From contig OY760074.1 of assembly GCA_963663035.1 (NCBI GenBank), positions 64,001-128,000 of the forward strand: DNA of 64,000 nucleotides, in the 5' to 3' direction. The DNA is from Acidobacteriota bacterium. Lineage in GTDB: Bacteria > Acidobacteriota > UBA6911 > RPQK01 > JADFOI01. The position numbers were made by a program, and so were the translations under genes. A model generated the notes under the pieces. It saw nothing but the letters and a program-made list of their open reading frames with translations. It searched no databases and was not told the DNA's origin. This document shows positions 63,726 through 64,000 of the stretch, one piece after another. Position 1 is the stretch's first letter; each line of letters starts with the position of its first letter.

Positions 63726-64000
63726 ATGATCGGGAAAACTGTTTCGCATTACAAGATTCTGGAGAAACTGGGTGGTGGAGGAATGGGTGTGGTTTACAGA
63801 GCCGAGGACACCCGCCTGGGCCGCAATGTCGCCCTGAAATTCCTGCCTGAGGAGTTTGCCCAGAACCGTCAGGCCCTGGAGCGGTTCCAGAGAGAAGCCA
63901 GAGCGGCCTCGGCACTCAACCATCCCAACATCTGCGTCATTCATGACATCGGGGAGCATGAAAGTCAGCCCTTCATTGTGATGGAGTTTCTGGAAGGGAA
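63726..64000 (+). CDS. Ser/Thr protein kinase, runs off right edge
   Basis: [53 protein letters not shown]. Confidence 0.9.
   Translation, partial: MIGKTVSHYKILEKLGGGGMGVVYRAEDTRLGRNVALKFLPEEFAQNRQALERFQREARAASALNHPNICVIHDIGEHESQPFIVMEFLEG

Noticed and set aside
1-64000. Diversity-generating retroelement or retron explaining the kinase stubs
   Set aside because: No reverse transcriptase in the window; differences between copies are not adenine-specific

Overview
A 64-kb accessory island with no core housekeeping operon. The repeated Ser/Thr kinase + TolB-like propeller architecture suggests an Acidobacterium (inference only). It carries about 40 mostly unrelated cargo genes: hydrolases, cytochromes, metal transport, RNase D, a YdeP-type oxidoreductase and others. 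It also has seven IS copies: 1 IS256, 2 IS1111/IS110, 3 IS1380 and 1 IS3. The main signal is in the spacers. About 20 gene junctions are filled by pieces of one recurring module: integrase-arm-like repeats, the 3' half of tRNA-Leu(TAA), a TTGCYT-18-TAGCAT promoter, kinase start codons ([11 protein letters not shown]..), and kinase end codons (..[11 protein letters not shown] or ..DDPRFxDLLRRMNLEP*). Every piece lies on the + strand whatever the cargo orientation, which looks like a polarised cassette array, yet no integrase is present in the window. Both IS1111 copies sit inside the 'DLLLR' repeat, and guide sequences matching that target can be read directly in their non-coding (bridge/seek RNA) region. 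Other candidates are a stand-alone ~270-nt structured transcript with a 14-codon ORF and a CxxC..RAPP leader ahead of a metal-uptake operon.
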